Assembly: GCA_951406725.2 (NCBI GenBank)
Contig: OX597814.1
Coordinates: forward strand, 182,652,001-182,716,000
DNA length: 64,000 nt
Origin: Octopus vulgaris
Taxonomy: Eukaryota
Reading direction: 5' to 3'
Made by a program: the position numbers and the translations under genes. Under the pieces are notes generated by a model. The model did no database searches. It was given only the letters and a program-made list of their open reading frames with translations, and was not told where the DNA came from. Within the stretch, counting starts at the first letter, position 1; every line of letters starts with the position of its first letter. Shown one piece after another: positions 1 to 12,712 of this stretch.

Positions 1-278
1 GTGTCCGTTGCCAGCCTCGCCTGGCCCCCGTGCCGGTGGCACATAAAAAGCACCATCCGTTCGTGGCCGTTTGCCAGCTCTGTCTGGCACCTGTGCGGGT
101 GGCACGTAAAAAGCACCCACTACACTCACGGAGTGGTTGGCGTTAGGAAGGGCATCCAGCCGTAGAAACACTGCCAGATCTGACTGGGCCTGATGAAGCC
201 TTCTGGCTTCACAGACCCCAGTTGAACCGTCCAACCCATGCTAGCATGGAAAACGGACGCTAAACGATGATGATGATG
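1..278 (+). mobile_element. SINE family A (modular, GAT-repeat tail), 5' end cut by window edge
   Basis: Repeated gtggcacgtaaaaagcacc modules, then gttggcgttaggaagggcatccagc...aaacgatgatgatg tail; near-identical copies recur in the window. Confidence 0.85.
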
Positions 279-948
279 CATGTAAGTTCTGTGTATCTGA
301 AACACAACTGAATTTATGGACTGGATATAATTTGGAGAAGCAAATTCTGTATGAAGACATAAATGTGAAAATGTTTGGAATTAATGCTTGAGAGAACACG
401 TCATTATTTAATCTCCATCATCTATTTAAATATTTTTAAAGTTACTACAATTGAGATAATTTACAGTATAAATATAGCTTCCCAACCAAAGATCATGAAA
501 CTTGTATCAGTAACTTTTTGAGTTAATAATTTTCATCTATATGCCATAAACTGCAGTGGTCTACTATTTTTTTCTTACATCTATCAGTCTGTTACTTTGT
601 ATTTATATCATAAAGGCTTAATAATTTTAATCAATATTTCATTTTTATACTTCTGAGTTCTATCCATTTACATTTAACTATTAGTTTGCAATGCACTTGT
701 AATTCATTTGGACTGATATTACATTACAAATCCAAACATTTGTTGTACAGACACAGGCAAGACAAATTATTTAGCCATCCACGTACTTGATCAAGAATTC
801 GTCACATTTGGTACAGGAAACAGTGAATAGTACATTCACTGATGTTGCAAATAGCTACCCAGCTGAATAAAAATGCTACTTGACTTTATTTTTGTTAAAG
901 TACATTTATATATGTTCCTCTATCAGTTTCATGTGACATACTTTTCAG

Positions 949-1019
949 ATATCCAGAAGTATATCATGGGAAAGCAGAAACTTGATGCCCAGCTCAATGA
1001 GAACACTTTAGTAAAAGAG
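949..1019 (+). CDS. PFDN6: Prefoldin subunit 6, internal exon (DIQKYIMGKQKLDAQLNENTLVKE)
   Basis: cttttcAG acceptor and GTaata donor; peptide aligns with human PFDN6 DLSKSMSGRQKLEAQLTENNIVKE; start exon not found in the window and presumably upstream. Confidence 0.92.
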
Positions 1020-2134
1020 GTAATATCTTTTTCTACTTTTAATCACTATTATGATTTTGCTAAAAGCATTTTACCATCTGAGTTTTCTACTTACTTTTAT
1101 GTATGAAGTATTTTTTTTTTTTGGTCAGATCTATCTCTTAATTTTTTTCTATGTAATAATTTTTGGTTTTTTAAAGTTTTAGCTTGGTGTTTTAATTTGT
1201 AAAATTCACAATCATTTTCTGATCTCATTTTATTACAGTCTAGACGTTATTATATTGTCATAATAATTAAGAAGACACACTAGTACATTACATATTCTAC
1301 CTTTAATAGTTGAAATTTCTTTACATTTGTAATACTTCTACTAATAATTCTGTCTAATTTTAGCTCAAAGCCAGCAATTTTGAGAGGGGGTGGGGAGGTT
1401 AGTTGATTACATCATTGCTGGTGTTTGACTGGTACTTAATTTATCAACTCTGAAAAGATGAAAGGCAAAATTGAACTCAGAAACCTTGTAAGCCAGAAGA
1501 AAAATAACAGAGTATTATTTCTTATGCTTCAACATTTCTGAAATTTGTTTATAAGATTAACTAATCACTTTGATTAATGATGCTAGATAACTGAACTGGT
1601 CCATTGTAATCATAGTTCTTATACTGGAATTGAATGCATTCATGTCATACAAATTTTTATAGGTTGGAGTATTCAATTATTGATTCTTTTTTTTATGTTA
1701 GTTTAACTACCCATTATCAAACTGGATAGAGGAATAACTGACATAGATTTCAAAAGCTGCATCACCAGCTATCAGACAGAGGGCAGTGAACCTGAATAAG
1801 TATTAACACATTGTATAATGGAGTCTTGAAATCCTCACATGGAACAATGGCATGATAAACCAGTTGTTGAAACCATGTCAAATTGGAATGTATGAGTGAA
1901 ATGTGGACTCTACAAACTACATTGCAAGCTACACATCTTGGAAAGTAGAAACTTGGTATAAAAACTGATATAGGTAGAGGAAATTCTTTAGTTCATCTTG
2001 CTTGGGACTGCTTATCTAGTACCAGTGGTGTGATGAAATGCATCTCAGACATAAACAAAACTGAAGTTGGCGAGTTTTTTTCTATTTTGTGCAAGATGGT
2101 GCAGGCTGTGATGACCCATCTAATCCATGCCAGC

Positions 2135-2440
2135 AAGGATACTGTGACCCCCTTTGGTCATGACTGGCCATGGGATTGCATGTAGAAAATTAACCTCCCA
2201 GGCACAAGTCCAGGCAAGGATGTTTATGGAAGACCAGCAGTCACCCATGCATACCAGCCTCCCTGGCAAAGGCCAATACAGCTTGGCACCTGTGACATTG
2301 CAACTCGTTTCTACAGCTGAGTGCACTGGAGCAACGTGAAATAAAGTGTCTTGCTCAAGAACACAACATGCAGCCCGGTCCGGGATTCGAACTCAGAATT
2401 GTAAGCTTGATGCTCTAACCACTGAGTCATGTGCCTTCAC
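2135..2440 (-). mobile_element. tRNA-head SINE family D
   Basis: Minus strand has A-box-like ctcagtggttagagc and B-box-like gagttcgaatccc, followed by a ttgagcaagacact body. Confidence 0.65.
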
Positions 2441-2786
2441 TTCAGCAAGGATAGACAGGTGTAAAATGATCTGAAATTTAACCCTTTCAATGCCATCTTA
2501 TATGAAAGTATGAGGAATTTAGCCCTTTAGCATTCAGAATTACTCTGGCATACGCAATGCTCGTATATTCACATTGATTTGAATTAATCATGCATTATCT
2601 TGTAGCTTTCAGATTTTCAATGATGTGATTGCTTATTTTACAATGACATTGTTAGGTAGGTGTGAGAGGCCTGTTTGAACATAAAACAGGAAGAAAATTT
2701 TAGGCTGGATATGGCCACTTTAAATTTGATTGTTTGAGTTGATATAAATTGCAATTTTTTTTTTGTTGTTTTTTCCTCTCTTGTAG

Positions 2787-2911
2787 GAACTGGACATGCT
2801 TGAAAAGGAATCTTGTGTATACAAATTGATAGGTCCAGTTTTGGTAAAGCAAGATCTCGAGGAAGCTAAACAGAATGTCCAGAAACGTATTGATTATATC
2901 TCTAGTGAATT
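2787..2911 (+). CDS. PFDN6: Prefoldin subunit 6, internal exon (ELDMLEKESCVYKLIGPVLVKQDLEEAKQNVQKRIDYISSE)
   Basis: ttgtAG / GTaagt splice sites; YKLIGPVLVKQ is the beta-prefoldin PFDN6 signature; phase 0 in, phase 2 out. Not in the ORF track. Confidence 0.96.
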
Positions 2912-3777
2912 GTAAGTAAACTATCCTTTTTATGTTGAATATCCTTTTAAATTATTGGGGTGCAGTTTTTGTAAATGAATTTTTTGAAAATTAAATTAGT
3001 TTTATTAAACTATTTTGTAGTGTGTGAGGTGCAAGTATGGCTGTCTGGTTAAACAGTTCACCACTTCCCAACATGGTTTTGGGTTCAATCCCACTGCATG
3101 GCACATTGGGCAAGTATCTTCTATAACCCCAGGCTGGCCAAAGTGTTGTGAGTGGATTTGGTTGATGGAAACTGAAAGAAGCTCATTTGTGTGCTACTTG
3201 CAAATGAGTATCACTGTCGTACAAGTGGTATCCTTTGTTTCCAATCTTCCACTAAAACATGTTCTACCTTACTTGGCAAGAGGAAAGGCTTTTAACTGTA
3301 CAAAATTTGCCTCAACAAATTCTGTCCAACTCATGCAACCTTGGAAAAGTGACAGTGGTGATTGTGATGATGATGATGAATTTGTCAGCTCGTGGCCAAT
3401 AGGTCAGAAACTGCACTTGAACCTTCTGCCATCACACCTGAAGTTAATTTTCTAAAAAATCGTTGAAATATACAAAAGAAACTAAACCAATTGTTTCTGT
3501 TGGGTATGTTTTATTCATTTCTCATGGAAAATCAATAAAACAGATTATGTAGTGCTAATTAATGCTTAATAATTAATAATTAATTAATAAGCAGAAAAAG
3601 TAAATTTGAAAAGTTACAAAATTTAAAGACATGTTTGACAATCTGTTATAAGTATTTGGTAATGTAAAAATATACTTTTTCAACCAATCTATATAGTGTT
3701 TACTGTTGTTTAATTGTTGGTTTGTGTTTTATTTTTTAGACTGGACAATAATAATAAAGTTTAAGTTCATCAACATT

Positions 3778-4004
3778 TAACCCTTTATTGTTTGCATTAT
3801 TCTGCCAAAATTAATCCTTTTTTATCCACATTGTTTTGAACTAATCATGCATTATCTTGTAGCTATGAGATTTTGATGGGGTAGCTGTTCATTTTTCAAA
3901 CGATATTGTAGGGTTGGTGTGAGAGACCAGATCTGGCCAGTTTGAACTTAAAACTGGCAGAATACTTTTGGCCAGATATGGCTGGTGTAAATGCTAAAGG
4001 GTTA
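3778..4004. mobile_element. piggyBac-like MITE
   Basis: ttaacccttt ... aaagggtta termini; related copies at about 2478-2725, 24165-24282 and 60427-60646. Confidence 0.55.
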
Positions 4005-4362
4005 CTATCCATTTTCCATGCTGGCAAGGGTTGGACAGCCTGATGGGTACTGGCAAGGCCAGGGACCATACCAAGTTCCATAGTTTGTTTTGGCTTGGTT
4101 TCTATGGCTGGATGTCCTTCCTCACACCAACCACTTTACAGTGAACTGGGTGCTTTTTACATTGCACCTTGGTTTTAGGATCTTAGTTCTGTTGCAGTGG
4201 GCAGGTCTTCTCCAGTAGAGCAGTGCACCGCATATCTCAGTTCTCTGTCATCTCCTTCAAAAGGTTCAGCATTTTGAGGTCAGCCTTCAATACTTTGTCC
4301 CATGTCAATGTACTTTAAAATTGTTCTAGCTTATTTATTTATTTGGATTTTTGTTTTTCCAG

Positions 4363-4483
4363 GAAACGCCATGAAAACACTATTAAAGACCTAGAAAAGA
4401 AACAGGAAACCCACCGTGAGAACCTCGGCAAATTACAACACCAATTCCAACAGGCTCAAGTGAAGGCTGCTGTCAGAGCTTAA
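4363..4483 (+). CDS. PFDN6: Prefoldin subunit 6, last coding exon (KRHENTIKDLEKKQETHRENLGKLQHQFQQAQVKAAVRA*)
   Basis: ttttccAG acceptor, phase-compatible with the previous exon (TT+G = Leu), TAA at 4481-4483; aligns with the human C-terminal helix. Confidence 0.94.
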
Positions 4484-4996
4484 ACCTGTCACTATTTTAA
4501 TTCTCCATTTTTTTTTTTTTATTAATTTAAATAACATTCGAACAAAGAAGAATGTAAATGACACTGAACATTTATTTGTGTGATATGAAGTTTGAACAGC
4601 TATCTCTGCTAGGTGTGCAGTTCTTTAGTTTAAAGAGCTGGATATCTAGCTTTGCTATGTATACTCTTCTGTGGTTTAGAGAATTGGACATATAGCTCTG
4701 CCAATTTATTATTCAGGCTATATAAACCGAATGCTTAACTCAACTAAGTGTACAGTATATTAGGTTGGACAATGAAATTTGACTCTGCTAAGTGTCCAAC
4801 TTTATGTACTGATTCTAACCATAGAAATACTTCCATATTTTCATCCCCCATCTTAATTTTATGTCTCCTATTCATATAGGAGGATGAATTGACTCACTAG
4901 TCTTAGTGACAATTTTCATCTATTTTCACTGAGTTCTGCCTTTTATCTATCTTTCCAACATGGAACTCTGTGTCTATTTGTATTAAATGATAGCTC

Positions 4997-5002
4997 AATA
5001 AA
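4997..5002 (+). terminator. Candidate polyadenylation signal of PFDN6
   Basis: AATAAA about 510 nt after the stop, followed by T-rich sequence. Confidence 0.5.
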
Positions 5003-5179
5003 ATGCTTTTGCTATTTTCTCTCATGTATTTTTTTAATCTGTTTTCAAACATTTTCTTACCAAATGTAAATAACTAATCAACATTTCTGCATATTGTAAA
5101 AGAAGCAACTTCCTGTGGATGGTCACTATGGATTTTGTAATTTCTTTGTAGTGTTAGCAGCCCATTATCTATATTTGTC

Positions 5180-5514
5180 TGGAAATTGTAGTTAAGATAC
5201 CCATGCCGGTGACACGCAAAAAGCACCATCCGAACGTGGCTGATGCCAGCGCCACCTGACTGGCGTCCATGTAGGTGACACATAAAAGCATCAACCGATT
5301 GTGGCCGTTTGCCAGCCTTCTCTGGCCCCTGTGCTGATGGTGCGTAAAAAGCACCCACTACACTCATGGAGTGGTTGGCGTTAGGAAGGGTATCCAACTG
5401 TAGAAGCACTGCCTGATCAGACTGGAGCCTGGTGCAGCCTCCTGGCTTCCCAGACCCCGGTCGAACCGTCCAACTCATGCTAGCATAGAAAACAGACGTT
5501 AAACGATGATGATG
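5180..5514 (+). mobile_element. SINE family A
   Basis: Same modules and GAT tail as 1-278. Confidence 0.85.
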
Positions 5515-6269
5515 TTAATTGAACATCACTTCTAAGTTGATTTTATTCAACCTGTTCCTTTTTGGTTAATTTCCCTTAGTTCTTCTGTCAGTTTATAGTT
5601 TTGTAAATTTCTATGTTATCTCCTGTTAGCTAGTTTTCTAATTGCTCAATTTTGTAACAGAAGCATTACAGTTCTTATGTATATAGAGGCTAGCAGAATT
5701 TCATGTATTCCAGAGACATTAAAGTACATTGTCAACTTGTGATACCTTTGGAAATAGAACATTGACTTAACAGTTCAATCTGTATTAGATTTTAACCTGT
5801 CATTATTGCATAACATCTGCTACAAAAAGTCAAACAAACTGGATTTTTAAAAACCTTCATTCTTGACTAACAAAAAAAAAACATGTAAACATACACCCAC
5901 AGGTCTATGTAAAAAGCACCTGTGTTAATCCATGTAAAAAAGCAACCATGCTGGTCCATGTAATAACAATAAATGGGTTGGATATGCTTAGGAGTGGGGA
6001 AGTCTGATTTTATTAGAAGTTTATTACTTTTGTTATGAATAGTAACTGAAATTTTAAGCATTTTAAAACAATATTTCAAAATGTTTGCAATAAAGTGAAC
6101 TCTGTCGAAGGCACTCGGTGACGTAGTGCTATTAGGCCTATCGTGTCTTATTCTCTTTTTTTTTTTTCAAAAAGTTCCCCAATATTAATGTGGAATGAGC
6201 ACTCAAGAGATTGACAACAGGAAAGAGAATTTCAGTAGGAACACATATCTCAGAATAAAGCCAAGGTTC

Positions 6270-6784
6270 AGCAGAGGGAGCCTTTAGGTAGGCCAAAAGC
6301 ATATAAAAATAATCGAAATTGAACCAATCCTATGGCTGGTACCTGGCAGTTGCCAGTGCCACTGGACTGACTCCTGTGCAGGTGGCAAATAAAGAAACAC
6401 CATTTCGACCCTGTGCTTGAGGAGACCTATTGAGTCAAGTACATCAACATCAAAAATCAATGGAAATTGTAGTTGTGATCCCTGTGCCAGTGGCACGTAA
6501 AAAGCACCATCCGAATGTGGCTGATGCCAGTGCCGTCTTGACTGGTTTCCGTGCTGGTGGCATGTAAAAAGCACCAACCGATTGTGGCCGTTGCCAGCCT
6601 CGCCTGGCACATAAAAAGCACCTACTACATTCACGGAGTGGTTGGCGTTAGGAAGGGCATCCAGCTGTAGAAACACTGCCAGATCAAACTGGAGCCTGGT
6701 GCAGCCTTCTGGCTTCCCAGACCCCGGTCGAACCGTCCAACCCATGCTAGCATGAAAAACGGACGTTAAACGATGATGATGATG
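6270..6784 (+). mobile_element. SINE family A, long copy
   Basis: About four internal modules plus GAT tail. Confidence 0.85.
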
Positions 6785-9760
6785 TGGTTAGAGAACATTT
6801 CGTAACTAATTAGAAATAATTACATTGGGTAGAAATAAAAAACAATCTTTGAGTAATATTTTCATTTGTTCTTAGTTATGGGAGACCAGCAGACATATTT
6901 TGGTTTTATTTTGACTTCATCAGCAAAGTATAACCACCAAGATGTATTAAACATGTATTGTACATTTGAAGAAAAACAGTTTACATGAAAACTTTTTTCA
7001 TCTTTAGTCCTTAGTTGGTTGTATACTTTCATAAGCTATCAGCTGGTGAAAATGTGAATCTCCTCTAGTAATAATAAAATCTATCCTCTTCTTGCTATAT
7101 ATTTCACTTTAGCTCAATCTCAGTTGTTTTTGTGAATTCATTTAATTTTTTGTCTATTTTAGTCTAATAATTGTAACTGCTATTAAGGTTACACTGCATA
7201 AATGTGTTTCCTTGCAACAACATAAAGAAGTAATTAGTTAGACAGTATTGTAATTTAATATGAGAAAAATTTTGATAAGTTTTCTATATCGTAAAATGAA
7301 AATGTGCATGTAACTGGTTTGTCTTTTTATATGGTTCATTTACTGGTTGAAAGTAACCCCCCCCATAATGGTAAATATTCTAAATGAAAAATATTGAGAA
7401 GCCTTTATAATTATGTAGAATCGATGTCATCTATTTTTTAAGAAGCATTTTTACCCTGCATGCAAAAGCAGGGTATTGTAATCACTTGTCTTAGTCTGTT
7501 TGTCTGTGTTTTTGCAAAATTACTGGAAAATGGCTGAATGGATTTTCACTAAATTTGGCAGAAATACTCATTGGGTGAGTGGCTTAAAATGATGAAAATT
7601 TGGTTTTGTTATCTTGAAACATTCATAAATACATAGATATGTGACTGTGTGCATGTACAATGAAGGATTTGAGGGTTTTGTTTATTTATGAATTAATTTC
7701 ATAATTACATCAGAGTATAAATACCTATAATGGTGATACTTAAAAAAAAAAAAAATTTTTTTTAATCGAACTTAAAAATTTCCTAATAAGCAAGTTTAGT
7801 CAATCGCAAAGCTTAATTCAGTTCAATTAAAAAGCATAGGTAAGCAACTTTGTAAGCCACACTATAATTTACAAAAAAAATTATCTATGTGCAGGGCCTG
7901 CATCATCCCTCTGATGCCTTATTTTTTTTCTCAAGAAATGTACTTTGTTCTTTAAATGGCTTGGATATGCTTAGGAGTGGGGAAATCTGATTTTATTAGA
8001 AGTTTATTACTTTTGTTATGAATAGTAACTGCAATGTTAAGCATTTGAAAACAATATTTCAAAAATAAACTGGACCTCTAGCTTTATAACCTTCATCAGT
8101 TTAGTTATGTGTTAATAAAAACAAAGAAATAGTATGACAGGATAAGAACTTGCAATACTTGAGCTGCTTTGATCCATTCAGTTATTTTGACACGCCAGAG
8201 CTGTGATTCAGCCTACGTATAAAGGCAGATTGGAATTTAACCCTTGGCAGACAGCAATTCAAGAGACTTCTGACGCTTTGAGAACTGTCTTCAGCCCATG
8301 GCCTTAGGATCATCTCTGCTGTTAATTAGGGACAAAACAACGCTGTTGACAGACAAATGAGCAGACCTTTTTCACAGTGTCCTGAGTCATTCACTATCAA
8401 TAAAGCAGCAAAAAGATTGTTTACCTCAAGCCAAAGTTATGTATATAGGTATGATTTGGATTTTGAAAAACATAATTTAAGGTTTTAATATATCCATACT
8501 AATGCTTGAGCCTTAATGTTGTTGCAGTCCTATGTATCTTTTATTCAATTCCTATATGAAGTTTTCAATAGTTGTTTAGCCCCTGAACAAACAGATAAGT
8601 GGACTAATTCAGTTGAAGGTAGCCACTGGATGTCATTCTCAGTTAGTCAGAATGTATCTACCCTCGTATGTGAATGAATATTATCTCTGAATTGAGTGGA
8701 TGAAACTAATAATGGACTCCACTGCACATCTCAATAGATTGGGAAAAGAACTAGAAAAAGTACCCTAAACACAGTTTTGCTTACTGCAGCTGGCAGAGAT
8801 CTTGAACTGGTGATTGAAGAATTTAATGTAAAACACTTATTGTAGACAGATCAAGTGAATAATCAGACGACATCAATGTGGAGAGAGATGAGAAGAAAAA
8901 AAAAACCTTGGGCACTAGAAAGCTCTCACAAAAAGGTATAAAGACAGTAGACTGAGTGAAAATCAAGTGACTGGAAAAGGCCAAGTCACAGAAACAAGGA
9001 TTGGGGATATCTGGGCTGGTTGCAACATTGAAGAATGACCTAACTTGAGGTGAGTTTTGCTTTCAAGAATTATTGTGTCAGAAAACTCATTGGTCTTTGT
9101 CTTCCCAAGGGATTGAACAATTGGCTTATAACAGATGCAATAAATTTTCATCAATAGTGCTTATGCATCCACAATAACAAACCCAGAGGAAGTCAAGAAA
9201 AAGTTCCATGAAGAATTGAACTCTTATCAGATCTGTGCCAAACTAAGACAAGCTTAATGTTCTTGGGGTTTGACTATGAGAGTTGTGAGGGAACAATTGG
9301 AAGAAGTAGAGTTAGAAAGTGCAATCATAATGGCTTTCAGTTTTTATGAACATGTACAGAGCATGTTGCATAAAAGTCTTCTTCCTGCTTCTCTATAACT
9401 TGACATCACAGATGGACCCTTTCACTCTGAACACTGAAATCTAATCAACTGCATTTTCGTTATGATGAAACACAGACTGTATGACCAATGCTATGTGTAG
9501 TGTCTATTGCTATACCCATGTCCCAGTTTAGTATCTACATCCAGTCTGTTCAACTTTCTCAGGGGTGGAGGAACTAAGCATGGAGCTGTCACCAATTTGC
9601 TTTCAATGTCTGCTAAAGCAAACTTGGGGTGTTCAGTCTTTCCTTCCCTGATGTAAACGAAGATTCAGCAGCTGTCAGAAGCTTATTTGGCTCTTCGCTG
9701 GCCCAAACAACTGGGTTACTTTGAAGAGAATAACACTGAGATATAAACCTCCTTGGACTT

Positions 9761-9977
9761 AAGGCGGCGAGCTGGCAGAAACGTTAGCACGCCGGCATAA
9801 TGCGTAGCCATATTTTGTCTGCTGTTACGTTCTGAGTTCAAATTCCGCCGAGGTCGACTTTGCCTTTCATCCTTTCGGGGTCGATTAAATGAATACCAGT
9901 TACGCACTGGGGTCGATGTAATCGACTTAATCCGTTTGTCCTCTCTGTGTTTAGCCCCTTGTGGATAGTAAAGAAAT
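9761..9977 (+). mobile_element. tRNA-derived SINE family B, full length with 22-bp TSD
   Basis: aggcggcgagctggcagaa head, gagttcaaattcc B box, gcctttcatcctttcggggtcga core; TSD agatataaacct(c/t)cttggactt at 9739-9760 and 9978-9999. Confidence 0.9.
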
Positions 9978-10527
9978 AGATATAAACCTTCTTGGACTTG
10001 AAGCACTATCTTCTCAGAGTTCGCCAGAATGACAGATTGCCCAAAAGCACGAAGTGTTCTTTCATCGTGATACACAAGACTGTCCTGGCTAAGCTGTGGC
10101 AGGTGCAGAAATCATGCCTATATATGAAAGCAGATTGAAATTTAACCCTTGGCAGACAGCAATTCAAGAGACTTCTAAGATGCCTTGAGAACTGTCTATA
10201 GCTCATGGCTTCAGGATCATCGCTGTTGATTAGGGACATAACAACACTGTTGAAGGACAAATGAGCAGACCTCATTCACAGTGGCCTGAGCCATTCACTA
10301 TCAATAAAACAGCAAAAAGATTGTTTGCCCCAAGCCGAGGTGAACATGTCACTGGCCAACCTTCCTGCTAAAGGACCACAGCGTCTGAGCAAGAGAAGCA
10401 GATGAGTTGAATAGAAAGAGGAGATGAGGAAGTCAAGAGGTGCCGGTGAGTTATCAAATGTAAATAAATAATATAGACTCGTCAGCTGGTCACAAACATG
10501 CATCTGCAAAGGATGTCACAAATATCT

Positions 10528-10731
10528 GCTTCTTTATTACCCACAAGGGGATAAACAAGGACAGACAAACGGATTAAGTCGATGACATCGACACCCCAGT
10601 ACGAAACTGGTACTTAATTTATCGACCCCGAAAGGATGAAAGGCAAAGTCGACCTCTGCGGAATTTGAACTTAGAACGTAACGGCTACGCATTTCGCCCA
10701 GCGTGCTAACGATTCTGCCAGCTCGCCGTCT
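10528..10731 (-). mobile_element. SINE family B with 17-bp TSD
   Basis: Reverse complement of family B; aggatgtcacaaatatc on both sides. Confidence 0.88.
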
Positions 10732-10784
10732 TAGGATGTCACAAATATCGTCCATACATACAGACGAGTCAAAGATTGTCACAT

Positions 10785-12167
10785 AGAGTTATCTCCCATA
10801 GTTAGATAACTACTGCCACCTATTGTCAATACATCATATTCGTAAACTACGGGGAACCTTGGATTCATAATTACCATACATAAAAAAAAAAAAATTAAGA
10901 AAAAAAAGGAATTCAGACTGAATATATCATTTCACACAGAAAATGGATGAAAATCCTTATAGCTATATACTCGATCTTTCACATCGTAGTGCTGTTGAAG
11001 AATTATTAATGGGTCATTCTTTAGTTTGTCAGTTACCGTAACCGGCCACCTTCAGAATGATCGTAAGTATACAATTATTTATTTAATTAGTTTGTTTATT
11101 TCGATAGCTTTCAGTAATATAATAAATATCTATTCAGCATTGTTTTAATTAAAATTCTATTGCTAGTATTCAAAACAACAATAACAACAACAGCAGAAAC
11201 ACAGTACGATTTATAAATAAATAAATATCTTACAAGACAGCCTTGAGAAGCATACGTTTATTTGTATCAATTTTTACCACAGATGTTATGACTGATGAGA
11301 AGTTAGTTGATGCAAAATATTTTTAAAGATCCTTAAAACTTTAAACAAATTGCTATGTTCTAATCAATTTGAAACTGTCACCACACGCATATGTCAAATT
11401 GTTGCGGGGATTATTGCCTATTTAATTAAACATTAACAGATTATTTGCCGTCGTTTATTCAAACGCAGCAGTCAGATGTTAAAGTCAGTGTATTTTAATG
11501 TTTGCTGAAATGAATAACATTTTCAAGTGCAACAGAGTTTCATGTACACACCAAGCTTATTTTTTCTGTTTTCATAAGTGACTGAAGGGATATCAGAATA
11601 CACAGATCAACGTTGTACATTAATTTTAATGGGCAGCTGTATTTACTTATGGTATTTTTATTATTTACTCCCAGAATTGTATGCTGTTATTTCTGATTAC
11701 TGGTTACTATATATGACGTGTATACAACATAAAATTTCAGAGATTATTTATGAGGTTTTGAGAAAATACCTTTGCTATCCGAAATAAAAATTTACATAAT
11801 CGGACATGTTATGGATATCGTGTAGTTGCGATATACATCACAATTGAAATTCGTAAGTAACAGTTCTATTTCAGTTCAGGTTAAGGAGGTCTGTTATTTA
11901 GTTATATTAGTTTGATATTCAAAATATTAACTCTTGGAGTGACGAGTGCTGGAGGATTGAAAGCAAACTCCTACCGATCTGAGAATGTGACCTAGTTTCG
12001 TTTCGCAGTTGTAACATTTAGCTTTTATTTTGCTGAAGAAATGCACGGACATCCCACACTCTCGTTCCCCTTCTCTACAAATGTGTGGTAGTGTGCTAAA
12101 ACAAGAAATCAACATTAGCTTTTGGATGAGTCATTAGTAATGGCATTGGTATCGATAACGGGTAAGT
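10785..12167 (+). promoter_or_regulatory. Putative promoter and non-coding leader exons of the zinc-finger gene
   Basis: Repeat-free stretch with relatively more CpG and three GTAAGT donors (11063, 11853, 12162); the ZNF coding exon begins at an acceptor, so upstream exons are required. Confidence 0.4.
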
Positions 12168-12335
12168 CTACACTTTGCCATCTTTGAAAGATTTGGATTT
12201 AAACGTATAGTATCTGCAAAAAGGCCCGTGTAAACTTGCAGTATGTTTAACTTTAAAAAATTATTCAGAATGATGGTCTGTACACAAAGATGTTTTAACT
12301 TGTTTTCGTAATATTTTTTCTGATGAAATAACGGT

Positions 12336-12712
12336 TCTTTTACTTGTTTCGGTCATTTGACTGCGGCCATGCTGGAGCACCGCCTTTAGTCGAGCAAATC
12401 AACCCCAGGACTTATTCTTTATAAGCCTAGTACTTATTCTATCGATCTCTTTTGCCGAACCGCTAAGTTACGGGGACGTAAACACACCAGCATCGGTTGT
12501 CAAGCAATGTTGGGGAACAAAGACACACATACATATATATATATACACGACGGGCTTCTTTTCAGTTTCCATCTACCAAACCCACTCACAAGGCTTTGGT
12601 CGGCCCGAGCCTATAGTAGGAGACACTTGCCCAAGGTGCCACACAGTGGAACTGAACCTTGAACCATGTGGTTGGTAAGCAAGCTACTTACCACACAGCC
12701 ACTCCTGCGCCT
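12336..12712 (-). mobile_element. tRNA-derived SINE family C
   Basis: Head aggcgcaggagtggctgtgtggtaag...ggttcagtcccac and tail tgactgaaacaagtaaaaga on the minus strand; a decayed copy follows at about 12966-13262. Confidence 0.88.

Larger units (their letters stand above)
8830..10770 (+). mobile_element. Decayed RTE-like LINE (APE endonuclease remnant and probable 3' end), interrupted by two SINEs
   Basis: Frameshifted motifs resembling LPKGLN, INSAYAST, PEEVKKKFHEEL and DKLNVLG; segment 10110-10340 has a diverged copy at about 8205-8435. Confidence 0.6.

Noticed and set aside
1-278. Repeat-spacer pattern of gtggcacgtaaaaagcacc resembling a CRISPR array
   Set aside because: Eukaryotic context, no cas genes, degenerate repeats, and spacers shared between dispersed SINE copies.
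5074-6745. ORFs of 116-153 aa starting M(G/S)WTVRPGSGKP (also 32094-32447 and 63371-63721) that look like a gene family
   Set aside because: They are antisense translations of SINE family A copies, with no conserved frame or splice structure.
9761-9850. tRNA gene
   Set aside because: The A/B boxes belong to a tRNA-derived SINE head; there is no cloverleaf and a SINE body follows.
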